From: an uncultured Bacteroidales bacterium
GTDB lineage: Bacteria; Bacteroidota; Bacteroidia; Bacteroidales; CAIXZF01
Length of the DNA stretch: 53,193 nt
Assembly (NCBI GenBank): GCA_964386485.1
Contig: CAYLTH010000005.1
Coordinates: 1-53,193, forward strand
Reading direction: 5' to 3'
Within the stretch, counting starts at the first letter, position 1. The number at the start of each line of letters is the position of its first letter. The translations under genes and the position numbers were made by a program. Positions 30,492-41,046 of the stretch are shown one piece after another. The notes beneath the pieces are model-generated. The model had not been told where the DNA came from and searched no databases. It worked only from the letters and a program-made list of their open reading frames with translations.

Positions 30492-33146
30492 TTGACCAAG
30501 AAAATAGTATACAAGGCATTTTTTGTCCTGACATTCATAGCTCTAACCTCTGTATTCATTGGTTGTTCAACCAAGAAGAATACCTTTACACGAAGAGTTT
30601 ACCATAATCTGACCTCTCATTATAATGGTTATTTCAATGGCAAGGAAGCGTTGAAAGAAGGCGAATTTGAACTGGCAAAAGTTTCAGTTGACAATTACAA
30701 CCGGATTTTGGCTCCTGTTAATTACGGAACCAAGGAAAATATGCCGTCTATCAGCACATTTATGGACAGAGCCATCGCCAAATCCAGCATGGTAATCCAA
30801 AAGCACTCCATTTATATTAAAAATACTGAACATATCCGTTGGATTGATGATGCTTACTTATTGATGGGGAAAGCGAATTTTTACAAGCAGGAATATAAAA
30901 CCGCCATCCGGACTTTTGATTTTATTGTAAAGCGATATAAAAACAATGACATCAAGTATGATGCAATGCTATGGATGGCAAAGTGTTATATTCAGACAAA
31001 GGAGTTTGACCAGGCAGAATCTATCCTTGATAACCTCCAGTCAGCAGTAGATAAGAACAAAGCCGGCACAAGAATTGGGAGAGATATTTCTTTCACATAC
31101 GCAGAGTATTACATTGCACGCGAAAATTATTCTCCGGCAGAAGAGTATATTATTAAAACCCTGGAGTACCGTAATACCAAGACAAAAAAGGCGCGCTTGC
31201 ACTTTATTCTTGGTCAGATTTCACAACGCAAGGGAGATATTAAGCGAGCCTACCATGAGTACCAGAAAGTAATCGGCCTGAATCCCAATTACGAACTTAC
31301 ATTTAATTCCCGGATCAATCAGGCAAAATGTTATGATGCATCATCCGGAAAAGGGAAAGACATTGTAAAAAGTCTACAGAAGTTACTGAAGGATGAAAAA
31401 AACAAGGATTATCAGGATCAGATTTATTTTGCATTGGCAGAAATTGCAGATAAAGACGGGGATTCTGTTGCTTCAGTCGGATATCTCCGGGATGCAGTTC
31501 GCACAAGTACAAAGAATAAATACCAAAAAGGAGTAGCTTCTCTGCGGCTCGGGAACATTTTCTATTCAGTACCTGATTATCCCTTGTCACAAGCTTATTA
31601 TGATACGGCTGTCCAATCTCTCCCTTCTGATTATGCAGATTTGCAAAGTGTTAAAAGAAGGGCAGGCGTTTTGAATGACCTGGTAAAAAATCTGCAGGTC
31701 ATTGAACGCGAAGACAGTCTGCAACGGATTGCGAAAATGTCGGAAAAGGATCGGCTTGCCGAAATCAACAATATCATTAAGAAATTGCAGGAAGATGAAA
31801 TCCGCAAACAAAAGGAAGAATCGGAACGGAGTCAGGGCATGTCGCTTATGTACCGGAATAAACTGAATAATCCCGGTGGTAACCAAAATCCCGGTGGTGC
31901 GGGAGCAAACTGGTATTTTTACAATCCGGCAACGATTAGTTTTGGATTTACTGAGTTTGAGAAAAAATGGGGGAAAAGAAAGCTGGAAGATAACTGGCGT
32001 TTGTCCAACAAGGAACCCGTACTCGAATTTGATGAAGAAATAGCCGAATTAGAAGGGGATTCACTTGCTTCCGACAGTATCGCCAAAAGATCAACTGATC
32101 CCAAAGATCCTAAAACCTACCTCCAGGATTTGCCAATGACCGAAGAATTAATGGCAAAATCTGATATAAAAATTAAGGAAGCTTTTTATAACTGCGGGAA
32201 CATCTATTACTTCGGGCTGGCAGACGTTGATAATTCAACTGCCTCTTACGAATCGGTTATCAAGCGCTTTTCGACCGATACGGTATATTACCTGAAAAGC
32301 TGCTACAGCCTGTATGAGATGCATAAAGATGAAGGGAATACAGCCAAATCAGATTATTATAAAAACATTATTCTGAGCAAATTCCCCGATTCAGATTATG
32401 CCAAAGTAATCGTCGATCCCTCTTACAAAAAAGAGCTTATGGCCCGTAAGAATAAAGCCGGAACCCTTTACAATGAAGTATATACTGCTTATAAAAACGG
32501 ACAATATGCCACTGTACTCCAAAAAAGTAAAGATGTCGGCAAGATTACAACAGACAAAAGCCTTTTAGCCCGTTTTGATTATCTGAAGGCAGTTGCAATC
32601 GGAAAAACTACTACCAAAGACAGTCTGCAGGCGAGTCTTACAAAATGGATTCAGGTATATCCCAAAAGTGAACTTAAACCGCTGGTTGAACAGATCCTCA
32701 ATCGTTTAAACAACAACGATACCACTCTGGCCGTTGAATCTGGTGCTTCTGATCCGGGGAAAGCGCCTGCTACAGGCAAATCCTTTAGCGTAAAACCTGA
32801 ATCGATTCATCTGTTCATTATTGTTGCAGATATCCGGAAAATCAATGTGAATGCACTTAAAATCAAGATCTCTGATTTCAACAAAAAGAATAACAGCATT
32901 GATAATCTGAGTACCAGCAGTTTGTTCCTGGATGATACCCGACAAATGATTACAGTAAGTAATTTTGAGAATCAGGAAAAAGCCATGACCTATTTTACAG
33001 CCATCACCAAAAGCCAATATGTGATAACGACGCTGGATGAAACTGGCTGGACTCCTTTTGTGATCTCCGTTGATAATTATCCAATTCTTTACAAAAACAA
33101 GGATATTGAGGCTTACTCAACATTTTTTGAAGAGAATTACCATTGA
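30492..33146 (+). CDS. sprE: T9SS periplasmic TPR lipoprotein SprE/PorW
   Basis: 884 aa. Lipoprotein signal MTKKIVYKAFFVLTFIALTSVFIGC (TTG start, with no in-frame ATG in the signal region). YHNLTSHYNGYFNG follows the lipobox. TPR repeats and the central GANWYFYNP motif are present. Confidence 0.8.
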   Translation: MTKKIVYKAFFVLTFIALTSVFIGCSTKKNTFTRRVYHNLTSHYNGYFNGKEALKEGEFELAKVSVDNYNRILAPVNYGTKENMPSISTFMDRAIAKSSMVIQKHSIYIKNTEHIRWIDDAYLLMGKANFYKQEYKTAIRTFDFIVKRYKNNDIKYDAMLWMAKCYIQTKEFDQAESILDNLQSAVDKNKAGTRIGRDISFTYAEYYIARENYSPAEEYIIKTLEYRNTKTKKARLHFILGQISQRKGDIKRAYHEYQKVIGLNPNYELTFNSRINQAKCYDASSGKGKDIVKSLQKLLKDEKNKDYQDQIYFALAEIADKDGDSVASVGYLRDAVRTSTKNKYQKGVASLRLGNIFYSVPDYPLSQAYYDTAVQSLPSDYADLQSVKRRAGVLNDLVKNLQVIEREDSLQRIAKMSEKDRLAEINNIIKKLQEDEIRKQKEESERSQGMSLMYRNKLNNPGGNQNPGGAGANWYFYNPATISFGFTEFEKKWGKRKLEDNWRLSNKEPVLEFDEEIAELEGDSLASDSIAKRSTDPKDPKTYLQDLPMTEELMAKSDIKIKEAFYNCGNIYYFGLADVDNSTASYESVIKRFSTDTVYYLKSCYSLYEMHKDEGNTAKSDYYKNIILSKFPDSDYAKVIVDPSYKKELMARKNKAGTLYNEVYTAYKNGQYATVLQKSKDVGKITTDKSLLARFDYLKAVAIGKTTTKDSLQASLTKWIQVYPKSELKPLVEQILNRLNNNDTTLAVESGASDPGKAPATGKSFSVKPESIHLFIIVADIRKINVNALKIKISDFNKKNNSIDNLSTSSLFLDDTRQMITVSNFENQEKAMTYFTAITKSQYVITTLDETGWTPFVISVDNYPILYKNKDIEAYSTFFEENYH

Positions 33147-33231
33147 TAATTTTGTTTGAATAGAATTTTGCCTATTTTTGCTATTCGGGGAAAACCCTGA
33201 TTTTTTATGTATTTAACAAAATCAACATAAA

Positions 33232-33642
33232 ATGGCTAAGTATCAAGAAGTTGAAACTCCATCCATTAACCTGCTTGGAACCGGCACAACCGTTAAAGGA
33301 AACATTACAGCTACCGGCGATTTCCGGATAGACGGTACGCTAATTGGCTCTATCAGCAGCAAAGGCAAAGTTGTTGTTGGAGCAACCGGAAGTGTAGAAG
33401 GTGAAATTATCTGTCAAAATGCAGATTTCTCAGGGAATATTAAGGCAACTGTTTCCGTAACAGAATTATTGACACTGAAATCTTCTTCAAAACTGATCGG
33501 GGATATAAAAACCAATAAACTGGCTATTGAACCAGGGGCGGTTTTCTCCGGTTCATGTAAGATGGAAGGGGTTTCCGGACACGATTACAAAACCCCTGTA
33601 ATGAATGAACCAATCCAGCCCAAGGAAAAAGCCATTGTTTAG
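33232..33642 (+). CDS. Bactofilin-family polymer-forming protein
   Basis: 136 aa. Repetitive beta-helix pattern (G.I.A.GDFRIDGTLIGSI...GKVVVGATGSVEGEI) typical of DUF583/bactofilin. Confidence 0.8.
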   Translation: MAKYQEVETPSINLLGTGTTVKGNITATGDFRIDGTLIGSISSKGKVVVGATGSVEGEIICQNADFSGNIKATVSVTELLTLKSSSKLIGDIKTNKLAIEPGAVFSGSCKMEGVSGHDYKTPVMNEPIQPKEKAIV

Positions 33643-33820
33643 TTACGCCAGATACAGCAGTATGGCGTTTCAAATGCTTGCTGTTATTATTCTGGGCGTT
33701 TTCGGAGGTTTTAAACTTGATTCATGGCTTGACCTAAGTCTGCCGGTATTTACAGTAGTACTTTCTGTCTTGTCGGTAGGAATATCAATTTACCTGGTTA
33801 CACGCGATCTCTTAAAATAA
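33605..33820 (+). CDS. AtpZ/AtpI-like small membrane protein
   Basis: 71 aa. YARYSSMAFQMLAVIILGVFGGFKLDSWL plus a second TM helix is the ATPase_gene1-type pattern. It overlaps the bactofilin 3' end by 38 nt. Confidence 0.6.
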   Translation: MNQSSPRKKPLFSYARYSSMAFQMLAVIILGVFGGFKLDSWLDLSLPVFTVVLSVLSVGISIYLVTRDLLK

Positions 33821-33831
33821 TTATTGATCCC

Positions 33832-34215
33832 ATGACTCCTTTTCCAAAGCTGATCAAACCTTTAATTTTTATTACCGTCCCGCTTCTGGTACTTGCAATT
33901 GCGCTGCGGTATATATTACCTGTAAAATTTTACTCGCCTGCTCTTCCATTTCTTGTCATATTTGTTTTTTCAAGCCAGTTAATTCTATTGAAAATTTTAT
34001 TTGGTTCTGTTGATTCAAAATTCAACCGTTTTGTAAACCGGTTTATGGCTGCCAGTTTTATAAAACTTCTTATCTACCTGGTCGTCATTCTGGTTTATTC
34101 TTCACTTTACCGGAGCGATGCTCTGCCTTTTGCAGTTTCATTCGTAATATTGTATATGGTATACACCGTATTCGAAATCAGCATCTTGCTGAAAGCCTTT
34201 AAAACGCCTTCCTGA
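33832..34215 (+). CDS. Small 4-TM membrane protein (ATP synthase protein-I-like, function unknown)
   Basis: 127-aa ORF with four hydrophobic helices. It starts 11 nt after the AtpZ-like gene. There are no catalytic motifs. Confidence 0.5.
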   Translation: MTPFPKLIKPLIFITVPLLVLAIALRYILPVKFYSPALPFLVIFVFSSQLILLKILFGSVDSKFNRFVNRFMAASFIKLLIYLVVILVYSSLYRSDALPFAVSFVILYMVYTVFEISILLKAFKTPS

Positions 34216-34221
34216 ATCGCC

Positions 34222-34962
34222 CTAGTACGGAAGCAACAATCCTGAACTGTTTAATATCGTATTTTTGAGGAAGGGATTTCCTTTGTACAGGATGTTTCCC
34301 TGATAATCAATGCGTGCCTCTATTGTATCTCTGACATTTACAAATGAATTCCCTACTGATTTGCTTGTAATAAAGCTTATATCAGTCGTCAGATTCAAAG
34401 CATCCATCGGGGCAATACCATTGTTGAAAATATAGCTTACACCGGTCTTCCCTCTCAGATGAACATCAACTACCCCTTCATGAATATTAAGACGAGTGCT
34501 GGTATTATTTAATATCATGTTTATCGTCCCGGAACCATCTGTCACATCCATGCGAATTTCGTGCATTCTGAGTGTATCCAGACAAACAATGTTTCCAAAA
34601 CCATTGTAAATCATTTCAGTAAGCTCCGGTAAACCAACATAAACAGAAACCGGATTACGGGTATTCCGAATCCAGTTGCACTGATTTGAGTTACTTATAA
34701 CAAGCTGATTATTAAACAATTGAGTACCAATACCAGACATTAAATCGCTTGCAGTTACTACTCTGACGGAACAGGCTGTATCCTGAAAAATATAGACATC
34801 CACATTGTCTCTGATGTCAAGGCCTGAGAACTTTCCTGTTACCCGTATTTCTTCTGTTTCAGAACCTCCTGATTTTAAACAATCACAAACATCCCCCTTA
34901 CTGCAACTCGTCAGGAACAGTCCGGCTATAATACATTGTAATAGAAAATGAATCCGCTTCAT
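34222..34962 (-). CDS. Lipoprotein with DUF2807/head-GIN-like beta-helix domain
   Basis: Lipobox LFLTSC. Repeated V/I-x-G-S/D-G turns (VTDGSGTINM, LRGKTGVS) resemble putative auto-transporter adhesin head GIN domains. Confidence 0.5.
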   Translation of the reverse strand: MKRIHFLLQCIIAGLFLTSCSKGDVCDCLKSGGSETEEIRVTGKFSGLDIRDNVDVYIFQDTACSVRVVTASDLMSGIGTQLFNNQLVISNSNQCNWIRNTRNPVSVYVGLPELTEMIYNGFGNIVCLDTLRMHEIRMDVTDGSGTINMILNNTSTRLNIHEGVVDVHLRGKTGVSYIFNNGIAPMDALNLTTDISFITSKSVGNSFVNVRDTIEARIDYQGNILYKGNPFLKNTILNSSGLLLPY

Positions 34963-34964
34963 TG

Positions 34965-36080
34965 TTAAAAGTTAAGTATTCTGTATTGAATTCCCCAGCC
35001 AATAAAATCGGCTTTGGCGTAATGCGTTTTAAGATAAACCAAAGCAGATAACCTATTATTAATCAAAACATCAAGTCCAATTCTATCATACAGATCCCCA
35101 TCACTTTTTTCTTTTCCGGCGAGGTATGTTCCGAGTGTAAACGACAGGGATGTTCGTCCAAAACGACTTGCAATTCCGGCAGAAACACCTGTTTTCAATA
35201 AACCGAATGCATCATCAGCCTGTATGCCCTTCCTTTCAAGCAATGACTTATCAGACTGATCATTTGTAAGATCCAGGTTAAAACTCAGCATTCCATTCTG
35301 CTGAATGGGCATCCCATATGAAACTGTTGCCGCCACAACATGATACAATGGGCCGTTTAACGGTAATATTTGCTTCACGCCATGGCTTAAACTCAGATTT
35401 AAACCGGAATGGCGTGGTTGAAGAGAATCTGAAATCAGTTGATGTTTTGATATTATTTTCCCTGTCCTGAAGCTAATACCAGCATTCACATTGGGCATAT
35501 TAATTCCATAGTTGGGTGCCTTGATGGAACCATTTGAGAAGTGTGTCCATCCCAGACCCGCAAATATACCGAACCGTTCACCAATTTTGAATCTGAACTC
35601 AGTTCCCAGGTAAATGCATGCATTCAAATGACTGCCAATGGCCAGGTTTTTGTAATTGTCAACCGGATCGAATTTTTTATTAAAATAGCCTAATCCTGTT
35701 CCGATTCTAAAATGCATCCCTGCTCTCTGTGATGTTAATACAGGAATTCGTATCCATGGAACAATGGCAGTCACACTTCCCAATATTTCCGAATTACCAA
35801 GTCCGGAATAAAATATGCTCAACCCCTGATCCGGGAAATGATGCAGATGATGCCATTTCCTGCGACCATTTGTTTGCTGCACAACACTCATTTCAAAAGC
35901 CGGAAAATGTGTTTGGGTGTACAATCCCATATCGAGATGATGCCGGACCAGAAAACCGTACGACGGGCGAAACTCTACTCCGGAAACCTGGGCGGAGGCA
36001 TTTATTGATGCGGCCATTACAGCATACAGAAAAAGGATTATTCTGATATACCTTTTAGGAATTGGGTCGGAGCAAATCAT
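34965..36080 (-). CDS. Outer-membrane beta-barrel protein, PagL-like acyloxyacyl hydrolase (lipid A deacylase) candidate
   Basis: Signal peptide, alternating beta-strand pattern, and a C-terminal aromatic residue. WTHFSNG resembles the H-x-S-N-G active-site motif of PagL-type deacylases. The assignment is from memory of the family only. Confidence 0.4.
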   Translation of the reverse strand: MICSDPIPKRYIRIILFLYAVMAASINASAQVSGVEFRPSYGFLVRHHLDMGLYTQTHFPAFEMSVVQQTNGRRKWHHLHHFPDQGLSIFYSGLGNSEILGSVTAIVPWIRIPVLTSQRAGMHFRIGTGLGYFNKKFDPVDNYKNLAIGSHLNACIYLGTEFRFKIGERFGIFAGLGWTHFSNGSIKAPNYGINMPNVNAGISFRTGKIISKHQLISDSLQPRHSGLNLSLSHGVKQILPLNGPLYHVVAATVSYGMPIQQNGMLSFNLDLTNDQSDKSLLERKGIQADDAFGLLKTGVSAGIASRFGRTSLSFTLGTYLAGKEKSDGDLYDRIGLDVLINNRLSALVYLKTHYAKADFIGWGIQYRILNF

Positions 36081-36918
36081 TCAATGCAGGTTCAAGTGAG
36101 GGGAAACGAAATAAAAATCCCATTGATTTAAGCTTTCCGGGAAGAACTAACTGTCCAGATGTCAGTGTAATAGCTGCTTCTCCATACAGCAGTTTCAGAA
36201 TAAAAGAAGGAACCGGAAACAAGGCCGGGCGTTTCATAACCCGGGCCAGAATCTTTGTGAATTCTGCATTCGAAAGTGGCTCCGGAGCAGTCAGGTTCAC
36301 AACACCATTTGCGTTATCGTTGTTTATTACAAAATCGAAGGCATTAACAAGGTCGGCAATATGTATCCATGAAAAGCCCTGCTTCCCGGAAGCAATTTTA
36401 CCGCCCATACCCAGCTTAAAGGCAGGCAGCATTTTAGGCAGAGCCCCTCCTTTTGCGTCTAATACGATTCCAATTCTGAAAATGACCAAACGACAATGTT
36501 TCTGAGCAGTTTTCGCTTCCAATTCCCACATTTGACACAGACTTCCCAGAAACCCCTGATCCAATGCGGAAGTTTCTTCGGTATATGGTCCTCCTTCAGG
36601 ATAAATTCCTACAGCTGAGGCAGAAATAAAAACTGTTGGCTTTTTTTTCATCATTGCCAAAGCCATGGCGAGTTTGCGTGTTGTCTCAATACGGCTCTCG
36701 AACAACAGCTTTTTATAGGATTTCGTCCATCGTTGAATTATGGGTGCTCCGGCCAGATTAATAATCACATCCGCTCCTTCAGCCAGAATAGCAATTGCCT
36801 CCGGGTTTTTCTGAAGGTCCTTGCGTGATAATGGAACCAACTCATAACCTTTTTCTTTAAAAAAGGATTGCAGAGCAGAACCAATGAGTCCGCCGGCACC
36901 GGATATAACAATTTTCAT
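36055..36918 (-). CDS. YfcH-like NAD-dependent epimerase/dehydratase-family protein (TIGR01777-type, DUF1731 C-terminus)
   Basis: Rossmann motif MKIVISGAGGLIGSAL. 287 aa. The 3' end overlaps the next gene by 26 nt. Confidence 0.7.
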   Translation of the reverse strand: MKIVISGAGGLIGSALQSFFKEKGYELVPLSRKDLQKNPEAIAILAEGADVIINLAGAPIIQRWTKSYKKLLFESRIETTRKLAMALAMMKKKPTVFISASAVGIYPEGGPYTEETSALDQGFLGSLCQMWELEAKTAQKHCRLVIFRIGIVLDAKGGALPKMLPAFKLGMGGKIASGKQGFSWIHIADLVNAFDFVINNDNANGVVNLTAPEPLSNAEFTKILARVMKRPALFPVPSFILKLLYGEAAITLTSGQLVLPGKLKSMGFLFRFPSLEPALNDLLRPNS

Positions 36919-37025
36919 ACGGAAAGGATTAATTGATTTTAAGGTAAAAATACACTATTTCAGTAAAAACAGCTAATTTTGCACATTGTTCCCGGAAGGA
37001 CAACACTAACTTAACTAACTGAGCA

Positions 37026-38843
37026 ATGGAAGAAAAAAACAAGCTCTTTACAGAATTCCCGCCTGTTACGACTGCTGAATGGGAAGCCCAAATCCAGGTC
37101 GATCTCAAAGGTGCGGATTATGAAAAAAAACTTATCTGGAACACAGTTGAAGGAATCCCTGTAAAGCCCTATTACAGGGAAGAGAACACCAAACAGCAGG
37201 ATACCCTTCCCGGGATTCATGGAAACTGGGAAATTCGTCAGGATATTTTTTCAGAAGATATTGCTGAGATAAATGCTATTGCACGTGATATTACTCAGAA
37301 AGGAACGGAAGGACTTGGACTTGACTGCCGGGCAGTAAAAACAGCATCTGATCTGGAAGCCCTGCTCGATGGTATTGACTTAAACCGGATAGCCATTCAT
37401 TTTAAAAACTGCTCTGATTACCAGGGACTTCTGAGTAATTTTCTCCATTACATTCAGACAAAAGGCTTTACCCCTGCTTCTATTCGCGGTTCACTGGGCT
37501 ACTGTCCGCTGGACACACTTTTAACCGGTGGGAAACTCGAAATTTCTGAGGATCAGTTGGTTCGCGAGGCCGGGGCTCTATTGCAAATGGCCAAAAGTCT
37601 CCCCGATTTTAAGATTATCACAATCGGAGGCAATCTTTTCCACGAAGCCGGGTCAACCGCCACCCAGGAATTGGGCTATACCCTTGCCATGGCACATGAA
37701 TACCTTTACCTTTTACATAAAACTGCTGATGTTGCTGATGTTGCCAATGCTATTCAGCCCGGCTTATCGGCAGGGTCAAACTATTTTATGGAGATTGCCA
37801 AGTTCAGGGCTATTCGTTTGTTGTGGTCACAGCTTACTGGTGAATATGGTCTGAAAGAATGCAAATTGAATTTGCTTGCACGCTCATCGCGCTGGAATAA
37901 AACCTTGTTTGATCCTTACGTTAATATGCTCCGCACAACTACGGAAGCTATGTCGGCTGCCATTGGAGGAGCCAATGTTATTCAGGTTGATCCGTTTGAT
38001 GCTGTATACCGCAAACCGGATGCGTTCTCCATGCGGATGGCCAGAAACCAGCAGATTATTTTGAAAGAAGAGTCCTGGCTGAACAAGGTTATTGATCCTT
38101 CTGCCGGATCCTATTATATAGAAAATCTCACCCTGTTAATCGCAGAGAAGTCCTGGGAAACTTTCCGGGAAATTGAAAAGGAAGGCGGGTTCTGCAAGGC
38201 TAATGCCAATGGTTCGGTTCGTGACAAAATTGAACTGATTGCCAAACAGCGCCTGAAAGATATTGCAACACGGAAAACCATCGTTTTAGGGACTAACCAA
38301 TATCCAAATACGCTTGAAAAATCAGAAATCAGCCATGAACCGGTATCCGGAGTTACGCAAGAAGTATCTTCTGAAGGTTTGCGTTTTCTGAGACTCTCTG
38401 AGGAATTTGAAATCATGCGCCGGGATACTGAAAAATTTGAACAGAAAAACGGAGAACCGGTTAAAATTTTCCTGCTGACTATCGGAAATCCCGCCATGCG
38501 AAAAGCCAGAGCCATGTTTGCCACGAATTTCTTTGGCTGTGCCGGTTTCAGCGTGATCGACAACAATGGTTTCCCGACAATAGAAGAGGGTTTTAAAGCG
38601 TGGAAAACAAGTGCTGCTGAAATTCTGGTTCTGTGTTCTTCCGATGAAGAATATGCAGGATTTGTTCCAGAATTATGCGGGCTGGTTAAGGCAGAATTGC
38701 CCGGACCACTCATTATAGTCGCCGGATTTCCGAAGGACCAAATCGAAGAATTTAAGGCTCTGGGTGTTGATGATTTCATCCATATCCGAAGCAATGTACT
38801 TGAAACCCTGACTCAATATCAGGTAAAACTCGGGATTAAATAA
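37026..38843 (+). CDS. mutA: Methylmalonyl-CoA mutase small (beta) subunit
   Basis: 605 aa with an MCM barrel-like fold. It lacks the DxHxxG cobalamin-ligand motif. Directly upstream of the large subunit. Confidence 0.85.
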   Translation: MEEKNKLFTEFPPVTTAEWEAQIQVDLKGADYEKKLIWNTVEGIPVKPYYREENTKQQDTLPGIHGNWEIRQDIFSEDIAEINAIARDITQKGTEGLGLDCRAVKTASDLEALLDGIDLNRIAIHFKNCSDYQGLLSNFLHYIQTKGFTPASIRGSLGYCPLDTLLTGGKLEISEDQLVREAGALLQMAKSLPDFKIITIGGNLFHEAGSTATQELGYTLAMAHEYLYLLHKTADVADVANAIQPGLSAGSNYFMEIAKFRAIRLLWSQLTGEYGLKECKLNLLARSSRWNKTLFDPYVNMLRTTTEAMSAAIGGANVIQVDPFDAVYRKPDAFSMRMARNQQIILKEESWLNKVIDPSAGSYYIENLTLLIAEKSWETFREIEKEGGFCKANANGSVRDKIELIAKQRLKDIATRKTIVLGTNQYPNTLEKSEISHEPVSGVTQEVSSEGLRFLRLSEEFEIMRRDTEKFEQKNGEPVKIFLLTIGNPAMRKARAMFATNFFGCAGFSVIDNNGFPTIEEGFKAWKTSAAEILVLCSSDEEYAGFVPELCGLVKAELPGPLIIVAGFPKDQIEEFKALGVDDFIHIRSNVLETLTQYQVKLGIK

Positions 38844-38881
38844 GTTTTCTTTAAAGCCCCTGCTAACCAAACTAAAAACCT

Positions 38882-41023
38882 ATGCGACCACAATTCAACG
38901 ATATAGATTTTACCCGGATACAATCCGGACAGATCAACAAAAGCAGTGAACAGGATTGGATGCCGGCTGAACAGATCCCTGTTAAGCCTGTATATTCAGC
39001 AGAAGATCTTAAGGGAATGGAGCATTTGAATTATGCTGCCGGACTCAAACCCTTTCTGCGCGGGCCCTACTCGACCATGTATGTAATGAAACCCTGGACT
39101 ATCAGGCAATATGCGGGATTTTCAACAGCAGAAGAATCCAATGCCTTTTACCGGAGAAATCTGGCTGCAGGACAGATGGGCCTTTCTGTTGCATTCGACC
39201 TGGCAACCCATCGCGGATATGATTCGGATCACGAGCGTGTTGTTGGGGATGTCGGGAAAGCCGGTGTTGCCATCGATTCGATCCTGGACATGAAAATCCT
39301 TTTCGATCAGATCCCGCTGGATAAAATGTCGGTATCCATGACCATGAACGGAGCCGTTCTTCCGGTGCTTGCCTTCTACATTGTTGCTGCCGAAGAACAA
39401 GGTGTTCCCATGGAAAAGCTTGCCGGAACAATACAGAATGATATTTTGAAAGAATTCATGGTTCGGAACACTTATATTTATCCTCCGCTTCCTTCCATGA
39501 AAATCATTGCTGATATTTTTGAGTTTACTTCTCAGAATATGAAGAAGTTTAACTCAATCAGTATCAGCGGATACCACATGCAGGAAGCCGGTGCTACGGC
39601 TGATATTGAACTTGCCTATACGCTGGCTGACGGATTGGAATATCTTAAAACCGGTGTTGCTGCCGGGATTCCTATTGATGCATTTGCCCCGCGTCTTTCC
39701 TTTTTCTGGGCAGTCGGGATGAACCATTTTATGGAAATCGCCAAGATGCGGGCAGCCCGCATGCTTTGGGCAAAACTGGTCAGCCGGTTTAATCCAAAAG
39801 ACCCGAAATCCCTGGCACTTCGCACGCATTGTCAGACCTCAGGCTGGAGCCTGACCGAGCAGGATCCGTTCAACAACGTGACCCGCACCTGTGTTGAAGC
39901 ACTGGCAGCAGCACTCGGACATACCCAGTCACTTCACACCAATGCACTCGATGAAGCGATTGCTTTACCCACTGATTTTTCGGCACGTATTGCCCGCAAC
40001 ACCCAGATTTATCTTCAGGAAGAAACCAATATCTGCAAAGCAATAGATCCATGGGCCGGCTCCTATTATATTGAGTCTCTCACCAATTCTATTGCGCAGA
40101 AGGCCTGGGCATTGATCGAAGAGGTGGAAAGCCTTGGAGGCATGGCCAAAGCAATTGAAACCGGTATCCCAAAAATGAGGATTGAAGAGGCTTCTGCCCG
40201 AAAACAGGCACGTATCGACAGCAAAAAAGATACGATTCTGGGTGTAAATAAAAACCGTCTGGAAAAGGAAGCACCCATCGATACCCTCGACATTGATAAT
40301 ACAGCTGTGCGGGAATCTCAGATTACCCGATTGAAGAAATTACGTGAAATCCGGAATGAAGAAGAAGTCCAGGCAGCGTTAACCGCCCTGACTGATTCTG
40401 CTGCTACAGGTCAGGGAAATCTGCTTGCTCTGGCAATTGATGCCGCCCGGAAAAGAGCATCATTAGGAGAAATTTCATATGCACTCGAAAAAATTTATGG
40501 GAGGTATCAGGCTGTGATCCGTTCAATATCCGGGGTTTATTCATCTGAATCAACCGGAAGTGACCAATTCGCAAAAGCCCGCGAACTGGCAGATCTTTTT
40601 GCTAAAACAGAGGGTCGGCGTCCGCGTATTATGATTGCAAAAATGGGTCAGGACGGGCATGACCGCGGTGCCAAGGTAGTTGCCACAGGATATGCAGATA
40701 TTGGCTTTGATGTTGATATCGGACCTTTATTCCAGACTCCTCAGGAATCTGCCAGACAGGCAGTAGAAAATGATGTGCACATTCTGGGGGTTTCCAGTCT
40801 TGCAGCTGGTCATAAAACACTGGTACCTCAGGTTATTCAGGAGTTGAAAGCACTTGGAAGAGAGGACATTATGGTTATAGTGGGCGGTGTAATCCCTCCA
40901 CAAGACTATGAATTTCTATACCAGGCCGGTGCAGTAGCAATTTTCGGACCGGGTACAGCCATTCCTGAATGTGCTGTCCAGATGCTGGAGATTTTGTTAG
41001 ATCTTTCAAAGAAGAACCAATAA
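38882..41023 (+). CDS. mutB: Methylmalonyl-CoA mutase large (alpha) subunit
   Basis: 713 aa. MCM catalytic barrel ([24 protein letters not shown]) and a C-terminal B12-binding domain with [13 protein letters not shown]. Confidence 0.95.
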   Translation: MRPQFNDIDFTRIQSGQINKSSEQDWMPAEQIPVKPVYSAEDLKGMEHLNYAAGLKPFLRGPYSTMYVMKPWTIRQYAGFSTAEESNAFYRRNLAAGQMGLSVAFDLATHRGYDSDHERVVGDVGKAGVAIDSILDMKILFDQIPLDKMSVSMTMNGAVLPVLAFYIVAAEEQGVPMEKLAGTIQNDILKEFMVRNTYIYPPLPSMKIIADIFEFTSQNMKKFNSISISGYHMQEAGATADIELAYTLADGLEYLKTGVAAGIPIDAFAPRLSFFWAVGMNHFMEIAKMRAARMLWAKLVSRFNPKDPKSLALRTHCQTSGWSLTEQDPFNNVTRTCVEALAAALGHTQSLHTNALDEAIALPTDFSARIARNTQIYLQEETNICKAIDPWAGSYYIESLTNSIAQKAWALIEEVESLGGMAKAIETGIPKMRIEEASARKQARIDSKKDTILGVNKNRLEKEAPIDTLDIDNTAVRESQITRLKKLREIRNEEEVQAALTALTDSAATGQGNLLALAIDAARKRASLGEISYALEKIYGRYQAVIRSISGVYSSESTGSDQFAKARELADLFAKTEGRRPRIMIAKMGQDGHDRGAKVVATGYADIGFDVDIGPLFQTPQESARQAVENDVHILGVSSLAAGHKTLVPQVIQELKALGREDIMVIVGGVIPPQDYEFLYQAGAVAIFGPGTAIPECAVQMLEILLDLSKKNQ

Positions 41024-41046
41024 GATATTGATTCTCAATAAAATGT

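Noticed and set aside
36919-37025. Checked for a cobalamin riboswitch upstream of the B12-dependent methylmalonyl-CoA mutase genes.
   Set aside because: The intergenic region is only 107 nt, is AT-rich, and lacks a B12-box-like GCCACTG core or extended pairing. It contains only a TAATTTTG -7 box.
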